The notes: generated by a model from the letters alone, not told the origin. A stretch of DNA of 64,000 nt from an uncultured Actinomycetota bacterium (GCA_963848855.1 CAWKFL010000003.1:338912-402911), one strand, 5' to 3'; positions 48,630 through 59,889 are shown, counted from the first letter of the stretch. A program made the numbers and translations.

Positions 48630-49831
48630 ATGTCGGACGGTGACGCCAAGCGCAGCCACGTGAGGATCGCTGCGGCGATCCTGGCTGCAATCCTTCTGGC
48701 CGCCACGGTCTTCACCTACCTCGCTTACACCGCCGCATTCACCGACACCGACACCGTGACGGTGACGTCTCCGCGGGCAGGCCTGGTGATGGAGAGCGAT
48801 GCCAAGGTGAAGTACCGCGGCATCCAGATCGGTGAGGTCAAGTCGATCGAGTACGCCGGGGACCAAGCCAAGCTGACGCTGGCCATCAGAAGTGAGGAGC
48901 TGCGCTTCATCCCCGCCAACGCCGACGTCCGCATCGCGGGCACAACGGTTTTCGGCGCCAAGTCCGTCGAGTTCCTGCCTCCCGACAATCCGGCCGGCAC
49001 GTCGCTGCGGCCCGGTGCTTCCGTGGCGGCGTCAGCGGTGCAGTTGGAAGTCAACACGCTGTTTCAGACGCTCACCGATGTGCTGCACAAGATCGACCCC
49101 ATCAATCTGAACGCGACACTGTCCGCTCTCGCGGAGGGCCTTCGTGGCAACGGCGATGATCTTGGCGCCACCCTCTCGGGCTTGAATTACTATCTGCAGC
49201 AGCTGAATCCGAAGCTGCCGACGTTGCAGGAAGATCTGCAGAAGACCGCCGTGGTGGCCAACATCTACGGCGACGCGGGTCCGGATCTGGCCAGGATCTT
49301 CGAGAACGCACCCCCATCAGCAACACCATCGTCGACCAGCAGGACAACCTCAACGCGACGTTGTTGGCGGCGACCGGGCTGGCCAACAACGGCACCGCGA
49401 CCCTCGAATCTGCGGAGAACGACTACATTGCCGCGATCCAGCGCCTCCGGGCGCCGCTAAAGGTGACGGCCGACTATTCGCCCGAGTTCGGCTGCCTGTT
49501 CAAGGGTGTCGCCAACGCCATCGACACCTTCGCGCCGATCATCGGTGGCATCCGGCCGGGCCTGTTCGTCTCATCGAACTTCCTGCCCGGAGCGCCCGCG
49601 TACACCTACCCGGAAAGCCTGCCGATCGTGAACGCGTCCGGCGGCCCCAACTGCAGGGGCATGCCCGACGTTCCAACGAAGCAGTACGGCGGCAGCTGGT
49701 ATCACACGCCGTTCCTCGTCACCGACAATGCCTACATCCCGTATCAGCCGAACACCGAGCTGCAGTTCGATGCGCCGTCGACGGTGCAGTTCCTGTTCAA
49801 CGGCGCCTTCGCGGAGAGGGACGAATTCTGA
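48630..49831 (+). pseudogene. mce4A: Mce4A substrate-binding protein; 1-nt deletion in the C5 run at 49311-49315 as assembled
   Basis: The 48630..49460 ORF is sensible to ...RIFENAP and then becomes junk. The 49361..49831 frame carries ISNTIVDQQDNLNATLLAATGLANNG... to the natural stop. The span equals 3n+2 (400 codons if one base is restored). Confidence 0.85.
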
Positions 49832-50865
49832 TGCGCGGCGACCGCACACTGCTCAACGTCTCAATCTTCACGGTGGTGATGGTGTTGGTGGCGGCCGTGC
49901 TCATTGTTGTGTTCGGTGAGTTCCGGTTCGCCTCGGACAAGTCGTATCACGCCACCTTCACCGACGCTTCGAGGCTCAAGGCCGGCCAGGATGTGCGCAT
50001 CGCAGGGGTTCCGGTCGGCAGCGTCAACAAGGTGGCGCTGAACCAGGACAACACGGTCGACGTCGCGTTCGACATCGACACCCGGTACCAGCTGTACACG
50101 TCCACAAGGGCGGTGGTGCGCTACGAGAACCTTGTTGGCGATCGCTACCTCGAGATCACCTCGGGCCCAGGCGAACTGCGTAAGCTGCCGCCTGGTTCGA
50201 CGATCCCGAAGCAGAACACCCAGCCCGCACTCGACCTCGACGCTCTGCTCGGCGGCCTGCGGCCGGTGCTCAAGGGACTCGACGGTGCCAAGGTCAACGA
50301 GGTGAGCAATGCGGTGATGGAGCTACTGCAGGGCCAGGGCGGTGCGCTGTCCAATCTGCTGTCGACCACCAGCGCGTTCTCTCAGAACCTCGCCGCAAGA
50401 GACCAACTCATCGGCGACGTGATCAACAATCTGAACACGGTGCTAGGCACGGTTGATGAGAAGGGCGCCCAGTTCGACGCCAGCGTCGACCAGCTGCAGA
50501 AGTTGGTGACGGGGCTTGCGGAGGGCCGCGATCCGATCGCGGGCGCCATCGAACCCCTGGCTTCGGCCGAGAACGATCTGACCGACATGCTGCAACAGTC
50601 GCGCAGGCCGCTGCAGGGTGTGATCGAGAATGCCCGTCCGTTCGCCCAGCGCCTCGACGAGCGCAAGGGTGACATCAATAAGGTCATCGAGTCGTTGGCC
50701 GAAAACTACTTGCGGCTCAACGCACTTGGCGCGTATGGCTCGTTCTTCAACATCTACTACTGCTCGATCCGGATGAAGATCAACGGCCCCGCGGGTAGCG
50801 ACATCCTGATTCCGTTCGGCGGACCGCCGGACCCGTCAAAGGGGAGGTGCTCGGAGAATGGCTAG
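49831..50865 (+). CDS. mce4B: Mce4B
   Basis: 344 aa, N-terminal TM helix plus MCE domain. The start overlaps the mce4A stop (TGATG). Confidence 0.9.
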   Translation: MRGDRTLLNVSIFTVVMVLVAAVLIVVFGEFRFASDKSYHATFTDASRLKAGQDVRIAGVPVGSVNKVALNQDNTVDVAFDIDTRYQLYTSTRAVVRYENLVGDRYLEITSGPGELRKLPPGSTIPKQNTQPALDLDALLGGLRPVLKGLDGAKVNEVSNAVMELLQGQGGALSNLLSTTSAFSQNLAARDQLIGDVINNLNTVLGTVDEKGAQFDASVDQLQKLVTGLAEGRDPIAGAIEPLASAENDLTDMLQQSRRPLQGVIENARPFAQRLDERKGDINKVIESLAENYLRLNALGAYGSFFNIYYCSIRMKINGPAGSDILIPFGGPPDPSKGRCSENG

Positions 50866-51916
50866 GCCAGACGAGACGAACCCGCTGCGTACGGGGATCT
50901 TCGGCATCGCGTTGGTGGCGTGCCTGGTGCTGGTGTCGTTCGGATACACCAGCCTGCCGTTCTGGCCGCAGGGCAAGCCCTACCAGGCGTATTTCACTGA
51001 TGCGGGCGGCATCTCGCCCGGCAACGACGTCAACGTGTCGGGTATCAACATCGGCAAGGTCACCGGGGTCGAGCTGGCGGGCGATGCCGCCAAGGTGACA
51101 TTCACCGTCAACCGCGACGTCCGGGTCGGTGACCAGTCGCTGGTCGCAATCAAGACCGACACGGTGCTCGGCGAGAAGTCGCTGGCCGTCACGCCTCGGG
51201 GCGCCGGCGAGTCGACAGTGATCCCGTTGGGCCGCACTACAACTCCGTACACGCTGAACACCGCGCTGCAGGACCTCGGCCAGAACGCCAGCGAGCTGGA
51301 CAAGCCGAGGTTCGAGCAGGCGCTGCAGACCCTGACCGATACCCTGCGCGACGCGACGCCGCACCTGCGCGGCGCCCTTGACGGTGTCGCCAACCTGTCG
51401 CGCAGCCTCAACAAGCGTGATGAGGCGCTCGAGCAACTGCTCGCCCACGCCAAGAAGGTGTCCGACACGCTGGCGCAGCGCGCCGGGCAGGTGAACCAGC
51501 TGATCACCGACGGCAACCTTCTCTTCGCCGCGCTCGATGAGCGGCGCCAGGCGTTGTCCAACCTGATCGCCGGCATCGACGATGTGTCACAACAGCTCTC
51601 GGGTTTCGTTGCCGACAACCGCAGGGAGTTCAAGCCACTTCTGGACAAACTCAACGCCGTGACGGCCAACCTGCTCGAGCGCAAGGAACACATCGGCGAG
51701 GCGCTGAAACGACTGCCGCCGTACGCCACCGCCCTCGGCGAGGTGGTCGGGTCGGGCCCAGGCTTCCAGATCAACCTCTACGGCCTGCCACCGGCCGCCA
51801 CGGCCGAGGTGTTGCTGGACCTCTACTTCCAGCCGGGCAAGTTGCCGGACAGCCTCGCCGACATGCTGCGCGGGTACATCTCCGAACGCATGATTTTCAG
51901 GCCGAAGTCCCCATGA
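50858..51916 (+). CDS. mce4C: Mce4C
   Basis: 352 aa, MCE domain; overlaps mce4B by 8 nt. Confidence 0.9.
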   Translation: MARPDETNPLRTGIFGIALVACLVLVSFGYTSLPFWPQGKPYQAYFTDAGGISPGNDVNVSGINIGKVTGVELAGDAAKVTFTVNRDVRVGDQSLVAIKTDTVLGEKSLAVTPRGAGESTVIPLGRTTTPYTLNTALQDLGQNASELDKPRFEQALQTLTDTLRDATPHLRGALDGVANLSRSLNKRDEALEQLLAHAKKVSDTLAQRAGQVNQLITDGNLLFAALDERRQALSNLIAGIDDVSQQLSGFVADNRREFKPLLDKLNAVTANLLERKEHIGEALKRLPPYATALGEVVGSGPGFQINLYGLPPAATAEVLLDLYFQPGKLPDSLADMLRGYISERMIFRPKSP

Positions 51917-53313
51917 CCTATACAGATTCCTCGCTGACCCGCAGCCGCTGGCCACGGGTGGCCCTGGGCGCCCTGCTGGTGGTGACGCTGCTGGTCGGCG
52001 TCTACCTGGTGTGGCCGTCGCGCGTCGGGCAGCAGGTCGTCGGCTACTTCAAGTCGGCGGTGGGTCTCTACCCCGGCGACGACGTCCGGGTGATCGGCGT
52101 TCCGGTCGGCACCATCGACTCGATCGAGCCACGGGCCTCCGACGTCAAGATCACCATGACGATCAAGGACGGCGTCAAGGTGCCTGCCGACGCCAAGGCA
52201 CTCATCATCGCTCCAAACCTGGTGTCGGCCAGATTCATTCAGCTCACCCCGGCCTACACCGGTGGTGCGCTGATGGCTGACGGGGCAGAGATCGCGCTGA
52301 ACCGCACCGCCGTGCCGGTGGAATGGGATGAGGTCAAGGAGCAGCTGACCCAACTGAGCACGCAGCTTGGACCACAGCAGGGATCGATGCAGGGTCCGTT
52401 GTCTGCGTTCGTCGACCAGGCCGCCGATACCTTCGACGGAAACGGCGATTCGTTCCGGCAGGCGCTGCGCGAGCTGTCACAGACCGCCGGGCGGCTCGGT
52501 GACTCGCGCGTCGACCTGTTCGGCACCATCAGAAACCTGCAGGTGCTCGTCGACGCACTGTCCAACAGCAACGAGGAGATCGTGCAGTTCTCCAACCACG
52601 TTGCGTCCGTGTCGCAGGTGCTGGCCGACAGCTCAACCGATCTCGACAACACCCTCGGCACCCTCAACCAAGCGCTTGCGGATGTGAAGGGGTTCTTGAA
52701 TGAGAACAATCAGGCGCTGATCGAACAGGTCGGCAAGCTGGCAGACTTCACCCAGATCCTCACCGACCACAGTGACGACATCGAGCAGATCCTGCACATC
52801 ACGCCCAACGGGTTGGCGAACTTCTACAACATCTACAACCCCGCGCAGGGCACCGTGGGTGGCCTGCTGACCCTGCCCAACTTCGCCAACCCGGTCCAGT
52901 TCATCTGCGGCGGCACGTTCGACGTCGGTGCGTCGCCGGACAACTACAAGCGCGCGGAGATCTGCAGGCAGCGGATGGGGCCGGTGTTCAAGCGGATCAC
53001 GATGAACTTCCCACCCCTGCTGTTCCATCCGATCAACAGCATCACGGCGTACAAGGGCCAAATAATCTACGACACACCTGAGACCGAGGCCAAGGCTCAG
53101 ACGCCGGTGCCGTATCTCCAGTGGCAGCCGAACCCGGGCGTGACACCACCGCCGGCGTCGGCTGAAACCGACATCAGCTCGCTGATGATGCCGCCGGCAC
53201 CGGGAGGCGGCCCCGGTGCGCCCGCGCCGTCGACGTCGCATGCGGGCGGCCCCGAGGCCGGGCCGACGCCTGCGCCCGCCGCGCCGCTGCCCGCCGAGTC
53301 AGGTGGCGGATGA
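51913..53313 (+). CDS. mce4D: Mce4D
   Basis: 466 aa, MCE domain, Pro-rich tail, ATGA overlap. Confidence 0.9.
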   Translation: MTYTDSSLTRSRWPRVALGALLVVTLLVGVYLVWPSRVGQQVVGYFKSAVGLYPGDDVRVIGVPVGTIDSIEPRASDVKITMTIKDGVKVPADAKALIIAPNLVSARFIQLTPAYTGGALMADGAEIALNRTAVPVEWDEVKEQLTQLSTQLGPQQGSMQGPLSAFVDQAADTFDGNGDSFRQALRELSQTAGRLGDSRVDLFGTIRNLQVLVDALSNSNEEIVQFSNHVASVSQVLADSSTDLDNTLGTLNQALADVKGFLNENNQALIEQVGKLADFTQILTDHSDDIEQILHITPNGLANFYNIYNPAQGTVGGLLTLPNFANPVQFICGGTFDVGASPDNYKRAEICRQRMGPVFKRITMNFPPLLFHPINSITAYKGQIIYDTPETEAKAQTPVPYLQWQPNPGVTPPPASAETDISSLMMPPAPGGGPGAPAPSTSHAGGPEAGPTPAPAAPLPAESGGG

Positions 53314-54479
53314 TGTCGAAGCTCAAGCGCGCACTTGCCATCTCATCGCTAGCCGTGCTGCTGGCGGGATGTCAGTTCGGCGGACTCAACTCGCTCAACA
53401 TGCCGGGTACGGCCGGGCACGGCGAGGGCTCGTACAAGATCACCGTCGAACTGCCCGACGTCGCGACGCTGCCGCAGAACTCGCCGGTCATGGTCGACGA
53501 CGTCACGGTCGGTAGCGTGTCCGGCATCGACGCGGTGCAGCGCCCCGACGGCACTTTCTACGCCGCTGTGCAGCTTTCGCTGGACAAGAACGTCAACCTG
53601 CCCGCCAACGCGACGGCCAAGGTGGCGCAGACCTCGCTGTTGGGTTCTCAGCACATCGAATTGGCTGCGCCGGTCGACGAGCCGGGCACCGGGAGGCTCG
53701 GCCAGGGCTCGAATATTCCGCTGAATCGCACCGGCCGCTACCCGACGACCGAGGAAGTGCTGTCGTCGCTAGGCGTGGTGGTAAACAAAGGTAATCTCGG
53801 TGCGCTGCAGGACATCACCGATGAGGTGTTCAACGCGGTGGCAGGCAGGCAGGGCTCGTTCACCGACTTGATTCCGCGGCTGGCCGAGCTGACGAGCTCG
53901 CTCGATCGGCAGACCAACGACATCATCGCCGCGGCCGAGGGGCTCAACCGGTTCGCGAGCATCCTGGCACGCAGCAAGGACAGCCTTGGCCGTACCCTGG
54001 ACTCCTTGCCGGAGGCGTTGAAGGTCCTCAACAACAACCGGTCGAACATCGTCGACGCGTTCGGCGCGCTGCGCAGCTTCGCGACTGTCGCGTCGCGCAT
54101 CCTGTCGCAGACGAAGGACGACTTCACGGCGGACATGAAGGACCTGTTCCCGGTGATCAAGGCGTTCAACGACAACGCCGATCCGATAATCAAGGACCTG
54201 GAGTTGCTTCCGACCTTCCCGTTCCACTACAAGTATCTGCGCAACGCGGTGCGCGGTGACTACCTGAACGTGTTCGTGACGTTCGACCTGACGCTGCGGC
54301 GTCTCGGAGAGTCGGTGTTCACCACGTCGCTCGGCCTTGACCCGAACATGAAGCACCTCAACGAGGTCGTCAACCCACCGGACTTCCTCACCGGCGCGAT
54401 GGCGAACCTCTCGGGGCAGGCGGCCGATCCGTTCAAGATCCCGCCGGGCACCGCCACTCAGCACGAGGGGGCGCCGTAA
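53310..54479 (+). CDS. lprN: Mce4E lipoprotein (LprN)
   Basis: 389 aa, lipobox LLAGC, MCE domain. Confidence 0.9.
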   Translation: MMSKLKRALAISSLAVLLAGCQFGGLNSLNMPGTAGHGEGSYKITVELPDVATLPQNSPVMVDDVTVGSVSGIDAVQRPDGTFYAAVQLSLDKNVNLPANATAKVAQTSLLGSQHIELAAPVDEPGTGRLGQGSNIPLNRTGRYPTTEEVLSSLGVVVNKGNLGALQDITDEVFNAVAGRQGSFTDLIPRLAELTSSLDRQTNDIIAAAEGLNRFASILARSKDSLGRTLDSLPEALKVLNNNRSNIVDAFGALRSFATVASRILSQTKDDFTADMKDLFPVIKAFNDNADPIIKDLELLPTFPFHYKYLRNAVRGDYLNVFVTFDLTLRRLGESVFTTSLGLDPNMKHLNEVVNPPDFLTGAMANLSGQAADPFKIPPGTATQHEGAP

Positions 54480-56174
54480 ATGATCGACCGGCTCACCCGA
54501 CTGCAATTGTCGATCTTCGCGATCGTCACGGTGCTCACCGTGGGCGCGATCTCGATCTTCTACCTCCACGTGCCTGCGGCCGTCGGCATCGGGGCCTATA
54601 AGGTCACCGCGAATTTCGTTGCGGGCGGCGGCCTCTACGAAAACGCGAACGTCACGTACCGGGGTGTGACGATCGGCCGGGTCGAGAAGGTCGGGCTGAC
54701 TAACGACGGCATCGTCGCCACCATGCGTCTGAATAGCGGCACGCCAGTGCCCGAGAACGTCATCGCCACCGTCAAGAGCGTCTCAGCGGTCGGCGAGCAG
54801 TACATCGACCTGGTACCGCCCGATAACCCGGCGCAGACCACGCTGCATAACGGCTCGAACATCGACCAGTCGCACACCGCAATCGGTCAGGACATCGCCG
54901 GGCTGCTGCGGGAAGCCGACCGGTTGGTCAGCAGCGTCGGGAACAGCCGACTCCAGGACCTGCTCCGCGAAACGTTCAGGGCCTTCAACGGGTCCGGGCC
55001 GGAGTTGGCGCGGCTGATCCAGTCGTCGCGGCTGCTCATCGATGAGGCGAACGCAAACTACGGCCAGGTCGCCCAGCTGATCGACCAGGCGGCTCCGTTC
55101 CTCGACGCGCAGATACGCAGCGGGGACGACATCAGGTCGCTCGCCGACGGGCTGGCCCGGTTGACAGGCGAGGTCGCGAACGCCGATCCGCAGCTGCGGT
55201 CGGTGTTACAGAACGTGCCGGGGGCGACCGAGGCGGCCAACACAACCTTCGAAGGCATCCGCCCCACCTTCCCGGTGCTGGCGGCCAACCTGGCCAACTT
55301 CGGTCGCATCGGAGTGATCTACCGCAAGTCTATCGAGCAGGCGCTGGTGATCTTCCCCGCGTTGATGGCTGCGCTGCTCACCGTTGGCGGCGGCGTGCCG
55401 GCCGACGAGGGCGGCAAGCTGGACTTCAAGATCAGCCTGCAGGATCCACCGCCCTGCTCGACGGGCTTCATCCCGCCGCCGATGATCCGGTCGCCCGCCG
55501 ACCAGACGCTGCGTGAACTACCGCCCGATCTGTATTGCAAGACACCCCATAACGATCCCGCTGTGGTGCGCGGTGCGCGCAACTACCCGTGTCAGGAGTT
55601 CCCCGGTAAGCGTGCACCCACCGTCCAGCTGTGCCGTGATCCGAACGGCTATGTGCCGATCGGCAACAACCCGTGGCGCGGTCCGCCGGTGCCGCTCGGC
55701 ACGCCCATCGAGGACCCGCGAATGATCCTGCCGCAGAACAAGTTCCCGTACATACCGCCGCAGGTGGATCCCGACCCGGGGCCGCCGGTCGTGCAGCTGC
55801 CGCCGGGTGTGCAGCCGGGACCGGGGCCTGCCCCGCATGCGCCGTTCCCGCTACCGGTGCCGCCCAATGACAACGGGCCGCCTCCGCCGTTGCCGTACTA
55901 CGCGCCGCCGGATCAGGTGGTGCCGCCGTACGGGCGGCCTGCACCGGAACCCGAACCTGCGCCGGTGCCGCCCCCTGCGACTGCGCCGGTCGACGGGCAG
56001 CCCCCGCTGCCTGCCGAGGCGCCGATGGCTTCGGGACCGTCAATGGCGATGTACGACCAGAACGGCAAGTTCGTCGACCCAGCCGGCGGAATTGGCGTCT
56101 ACGCACCCGGTGCTGACACACTGGCGCCCGCGGAAAATTGGGTTGATCTGATGAGGGCTCCAAGGCAGGCGTAA
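54480..56174 (+). CDS. mce4F: Mce4F
   Basis: 564 aa, MCE domain, long Pro-rich C-terminal region. Confidence 0.9.
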   Translation: MIDRLTRLQLSIFAIVTVLTVGAISIFYLHVPAAVGIGAYKVTANFVAGGGLYENANVTYRGVTIGRVEKVGLTNDGIVATMRLNSGTPVPENVIATVKSVSAVGEQYIDLVPPDNPAQTTLHNGSNIDQSHTAIGQDIAGLLREADRLVSSVGNSRLQDLLRETFRAFNGSGPELARLIQSSRLLIDEANANYGQVAQLIDQAAPFLDAQIRSGDDIRSLADGLARLTGEVANADPQLRSVLQNVPGATEAANTTFEGIRPTFPVLAANLANFGRIGVIYRKSIEQALVIFPALMAALLTVGGGVPADEGGKLDFKISLQDPPPCSTGFIPPPMIRSPADQTLRELPPDLYCKTPHNDPAVVRGARNYPCQEFPGKRAPTVQLCRDPNGYVPIGNNPWRGPPVPLGTPIEDPRMILPQNKFPYIPPQVDPDPGPPVVQLPPGVQPGPGPAPHAPFPLPVPPNDNGPPPPLPYYAPPDQVVPPYGRPAPEPEPAPVPPPATAPVDGQPPLPAEAPMASGPSMAMYDQNGKFVDPAGGIGVYAPGADTLAPAENWVDLMRAPRQA

Positions 56175-56863
56175 TGGCAGAAGACACGGTTTCGACGGCC
56201 CCGAAGCCCGTGCGCAGGCGAGCGTCACGGGCGGCAGGCCCGGCGAACGGGGCCGCCAGCTCGTCGTCTACGGGCGTGGCAGCAGAAGCGCCGCAGACCG
56301 TGAAGGTCCGGTTGGCCCGGCCTGCGGGCCCTCCGCCGCGGCGCCAACCGCACCCGAAATTGGTGGCCCTTATTGGGCTGGGGGTCACTGTGGTGGCCGT
56401 CGCCGTGCTGGGCGGGGTCGTCGCACTGATGTTGGTCCAGCAGCGGCATGCGGAGACCGCCGACGCCCGCAGCCAACGGTTCGTCGACACCGCTTCACAG
56501 ACCGTGGTCAACATGTTCAGCTACACGCAGAACAACATCGACGAAAGTGTCAATCGGTTCGTCGACGGCACCAGCGGCCCGCTGCGCGACATGATGAGCC
56601 AGCCCGGCAACGTCGACAACCTCAAGGCCATCTTCCGAGACACCAATGCCAGCTCCGAGGCCGTGATCAACGGCGCGGCGCTGGAGAAGATGGATGAGAC
56701 CGCGAACAATGCGGCGGTCCTCGTATCGGTCCGGGTCACGGTCACCGATCTCGACGGGGTCAACGCGCCGTCGAAGCCATATCGCTTGCGCGTCATCGTG
56801 CACGAGGACGACAACGGTCACATGACCGGCTACGACCTCAAGTACCCCGACGGAGGCAACTGA
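56174..56863 (+). CDS. Mce-associated membrane protein (Rv3493c-like)
   Basis: 229 aa with a single TM helix. The start overlaps the mce4F stop (TAATG). Confidence 0.8.
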   Translation: MAEDTVSTAPKPVRRRASRAAGPANGAASSSSTGVAAEAPQTVKVRLARPAGPPPRRQPHPKLVALIGLGVTVVAVAVLGGVVALMLVQQRHAETADARSQRFVDTASQTVVNMFSYTQNNIDESVNRFVDGTSGPLRDMMSQPGNVDNLKAIFRDTNASSEAVINGAALEKMDETANNAAVLVSVRVTVTDLDGVNAPSKPYRLRVIVHEDDNGHMTGYDLKYPDGGN

Positions 56864-57357
56864 TGGGCCGGTGGACCACCAGGCTCGCGACACTGGTGGG
56901 TGTGATTCTGGCGCTTGCGCTCGTCTCGCTCGGCGGGGTCGCGGGATACGAGTACTGGAATCGTGTCGAGAGGACAGCCCAACAGCAGGCCCGCGCTGAG
57001 CTTCCGGGGCTTGCAGCGCAACAGATCCCGAAGATCCTCGGCTTCGACTACCAAACGGTGGAGCGCAGCAGGACAGAGGCGTACACGCTGATGACGCCGG
57101 GTTTCCGGCGCCAGTACGAGGAAGACACGAGCAAGACGGTGATTCCGGAGGCCCGCGATCGCCAGGTGATCAGTCAGGTCAACGTCGTCGGTGCCGGACT
57201 GCTTACCGCGCAGCGGGATTCCGCATCCGTCATAGTCTTCATGAACCGCACCGTGACCGACAAGTCCAAGCAGTCGGTCTATGACGGCAGCCGACTGCGC
57301 GTCGACTACGAAAAGGTCGACGGCAAGTGGCTGATCGGAAACATCATTCCGATTTAG
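56863..57357 (+). CDS. Mce-associated membrane protein (Rv3492c-like)
   Basis: 164 aa with an N-terminal TM helix and a TGATG overlap. Confidence 0.8.
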   Translation: MGRWTTRLATLVGVILALALVSLGGVAGYEYWNRVERTAQQQARAELPGLAAQQIPKILGFDYQTVERSRTEAYTLMTPGFRRQYEEDTSKTVIPEARDRQVISQVNVVGAGLLTAQRDSASVIVFMNRTVTDKSKQSVYDGSRLRVDYEKVDGKWLIGNIIPI

Positions 57358-58810
57358 CTTCGCGCGAGTCGGTGTCGGCGAGCGCGTCGAGGAACGAGCG
57401 TGCCCACCGGTCGACATCGTGAGCCAGAACTTGCCTGCGCAGCGCGCGCATGCGTCGCCGGCCTTCCTCGGGTGTCTGGTTCAGCGCGGCCTCGATCGCG
57501 TCCTTGACTCCCTCGAGGTGATGCGGGTTGGTGAGGTAGGCCTGACGGAGTTCGGCTGCGGCACCGGTGAATTCGCTCAGCACGAGGGCGCCGCCAAGAT
57601 CGCTGCGGCAGGCCACGTACTCCTTGGCGACCAGGTTCATACCGTCGCGCAGGGGAGTGACGAGCATGACGTCGGCCGCGACGAAGAACGCGACCAGCTC
57701 TTCGCGGGGGACGGGCCGGTGCAGATAATGCACGACGGGATGGCCGACTTCGCCGTACTCCCCGTTGATGTGGCCGACCTGGCGCTCGATGTCTTCACGC
57801 ATCTCGATGTAACTGTCGACGCGTTCCCTGCTGGGCGTTGCGAGCTGAATGAGCACGGTGTCGTCGCCCTTGGCGCGGTGTTCGGCGAGAAGTTCGCTGA
57901 ACGCCCGCAGCCGAACGTCGATGCCTTTGGTGTAGTCGAGCCGGTCGACACCGAGCAGGATCTTGCGCGGATCGCCCAGCTCGCTGCGGATTTCGCGGGC
58001 GCGCTGCCGAACGGCTCGGGAGCGCGCCTGCTGATCGAGCGCCGTCGAGTCGATCGAGATCGGGAACGCACCGACTTTGATAGTGCGGGAACCGAACTCG
58101 ACCTCCCCGAAGCGGGACCGCACGCCGACCGAGCCTCGTGAGGTGTTGGCGCCGAGGAGTCGTCGCGCCAGGATCAGAAAGTTCTGCGCACCGCCGGGCA
58201 GGTGGAAGCCGACGAGATCGGCACCGAGCAGCCCCTCGATGATCTCGGTGCGCCACGGCATCTGCATGAACAGCTCGACCGGAGGGAAGGGAATGTGCAG
58301 AAAGAATCCGATGGTGAGGTCGGGCCGCAGTGTGCGCAGCATCTTCGGAACCAGCTGGAGCTGATAGTCCTGGACCCACACGGTCGCGTTCGGTGCTGCC
58401 GCCTTTGCGGTGGCTTCGGCGAACCGGCGGTTGACATCGACGTAGCTGTCCCACCACACCCGGTGATAGGTGGGCTTGACGATGACATCGTGGTAGAGCG
58501 GCCACAGCGTCGCGTTCGAAAACCCCTCGTAGTACGTGGAGACGTCTTCTGCCGTCAGCCGCACCGGCCACAGGTGCATATCGTCTTGCTCGATCGGTCC
58601 GTCGTCGGCGTCGGGGATGCCGGGCCAACCGATCCATGCACCCCGCCGTCGGCGCAGCAGCGGCTCCAGCGCCGTGACCAGGCCACCGGGGCTGCGTTTC
58701 CACTGCGTGCTGCCGTCGGGCAGGCGCTCCATGTCGATGGGCAGCCGATTGGCCACCACAATGAAGTCAGCATCTCCGGAGCCGACCTCCTGGCCGCCGC
58801 GCGGAGACAC
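57344..58810 (-). CDS. otsA: alpha,alpha-trehalose-phosphate synthase (UDP/ADP-forming) OtsA
   Basis: 488 aa, GT20 family ([34 protein letters not shown]). Synteny with Rv3490. Confidence 0.9.
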   Translation of the reverse strand: MSPRGGQEVGSGDADFIVVANRLPIDMERLPDGSTQWKRSPGGLVTALEPLLRRRRGAWIGWPGIPDADDGPIEQDDMHLWPVRLTAEDVSTYYEGFSNATLWPLYHDVIVKPTYHRVWWDSYVDVNRRFAEATAKAAAPNATVWVQDYQLQLVPKMLRTLRPDLTIGFFLHIPFPPVELFMQMPWRTEIIEGLLGADLVGFHLPGGAQNFLILARRLLGANTSRGSVGVRSRFGEVEFGSRTIKVGAFPISIDSTALDQQARSRAVRQRAREIRSELGDPRKILLGVDRLDYTKGIDVRLRAFSELLAEHRAKGDDTVLIQLATPSRERVDSYIEMREDIERQVGHINGEYGEVGHPVVHYLHRPVPREELVAFFVAADVMLVTPLRDGMNLVAKEYVACRSDLGGALVLSEFTGAAAELRQAYLTNPHHLEGVKDAIEAALNQTPEEGRRRMRALRRQVLAHDVDRWARSFLDALADTDSREAKSE

Positions 58811-59023
58811 TTAAACCTCTAGCTTCGCCGGCCCAATGCCCAGCATGGACAGGAAGACCCTGCATTCGTCGGCGTCAGTCGCGTACGCGGCTACGACGCG
58901 CCTGGCCTGGCTTGCTGTGCTATCGGCTAGCGGTTCGACTTCCCCGAGTTCAGCGGGGTCAGATTTGGCAGGCATGGGTCAACTCTAGGCGACGGGGGTG
59001 GCCGCCCTGTTCACGGCCTGTGA

Positions 59024-59410
59024 TTAGATGCCGCCGGTGACGGTCGGACTGTGGCCGACGGTCGATTCCGGCATCGGCTGCGGACCCGCGGCCGCCGACT
59101 CTTCGGCGAGCCCGATGCACTGCCCCGAGTTGTGGCCGGTGCATGGAATCGAGCCGCCGCCGCCCGGCAGATTGACCGCGGGCAGGGAGGGATTACCGGG
59201 GATGCTGCTGAACGCCGAACCCGCATTCGGGACGGTGTGCGGAATGCACGTGCCTGTGTACAGATCTTGTTCCTCGCCGGCCGGGCACTGGGCCAGCGGG
59301 ACGGCATCGGTAGGCACTGTGAAGACAGCGATCGCGGGGGCTGCGGCAACCGCGACCGCAAAGCCACCGGCAAGAATCAGTCGCCGCGCTGAAAGAACGA
59401 AAGTCGCCAT
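59024..59410 (-). CDS. small secreted four-cysteine protein, paralog 1 of 3
   Basis: 128 aa from ATG 59410. Has an RRLILAGGFAVAVAAAPA signal-like N-terminus, then C-x12-C and IPCTGHNSGQCIGLAEE. Confidence 0.7.
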   Translation of the reverse strand: MATFVLSARRLILAGGFAVAVAAAPAIAVFTVPTDAVPLAQCPAGEEQDLYTGTCIPHTVPNAGSAFSSIPGNPSLPAVNLPGGGGSIPCTGHNSGQCIGLAEESAAAGPQPMPESTVGHSPTVTGGI

Positions 59411-59538
59411 CGTCACGCTTTCTCTAGTTAATGACTGTGTCGTCGGGAGGATTCTATGGAAGCTGAAAGAAATCTGCATAAGTTCCACCAGTTCCCTGGG
59501 AATCCGCTGCCACGACTTGCGACTTCCGGCGCGTCCAA

Positions 59539-59889
59539 CTAGGGGCTGGAGCTGATGGTGGAGCGTGGCACCGGCGGCGGACCCGCGGCCTGCGCCTCCT
59601 CCGCCAGCCCGATGCACGCCCCCGAATCGCGTCCTGTACAGGGGATACCGTCGATCTCCGGAATGTCGGGGTTGGCCGCGGTGGTGGTGAAGCCCGACGG
59701 CGAGTTGGGTACCAAGAACGGCGTGCACGTCGTGGTGAAGACGTCCTCCTCCTCACCGGAATTGCATGCGGCGACGGGAACCCCGGGGTCTGAGTGGCCA
59801 AGCAGCCCAACTGCCGGCGCGGCAGCGACCGCAAGAGCGAATCCGCCGGCAAGAATGAGGCGGGTTACGGGGATTGGGAAATTCGCCAT
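59539..59889 (-). CDS. small secreted four-cysteine protein, paralog 2 of 3
   Basis: 116 aa with the same architecture (TRLILAGGFALAVAAAPA; C-x12-C; IPCTGRDSGACIGLAEE). A TATAAT box lies about 38 nt upstream. Confidence 0.75.
   Translation of the reverse strand: MANFPIPVTRLILAGGFALAVAAAPAVGLLGHSDPGVPVAACNSGEEEDVFTTTCTPFLVPNSPSGFTTTAANPDIPEIDGIPCTGRDSGACIGLAEEAQAAGPPPVPRSTISSSP

Noticed and set aside
55690-56050. Proline-rich, apparently repetitive coding sequence in the Mce4F tail, and similarly the Mce4D tail at 53100-53310. I considered a DNA tandem repeat.
   Set aside because: There is no exact nucleotide repeat unit. Low-complexity Pro-rich C-termini are a normal feature of Mce D/F subunits.
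57344-57357. 14-bp convergent overlap of the last Mce-associated gene and otsA. Other 3'-end overlaps occur at 21612-21615, 26081-26084 and 39470-39477.
   Set aside because: Short convergent overlaps are common in compact GC-rich genomes, and no additional signal is present.
58836-58988. 50-codon plus-strand ORF (MPSMDRKTLHSSASVAYAATTRLAWLAVLSASG...) in the otsA / paralog-1 intergenic region.
   Set aside because: No RBS, no recognisable motif, and too short to separate from chance in GC-rich DNA.
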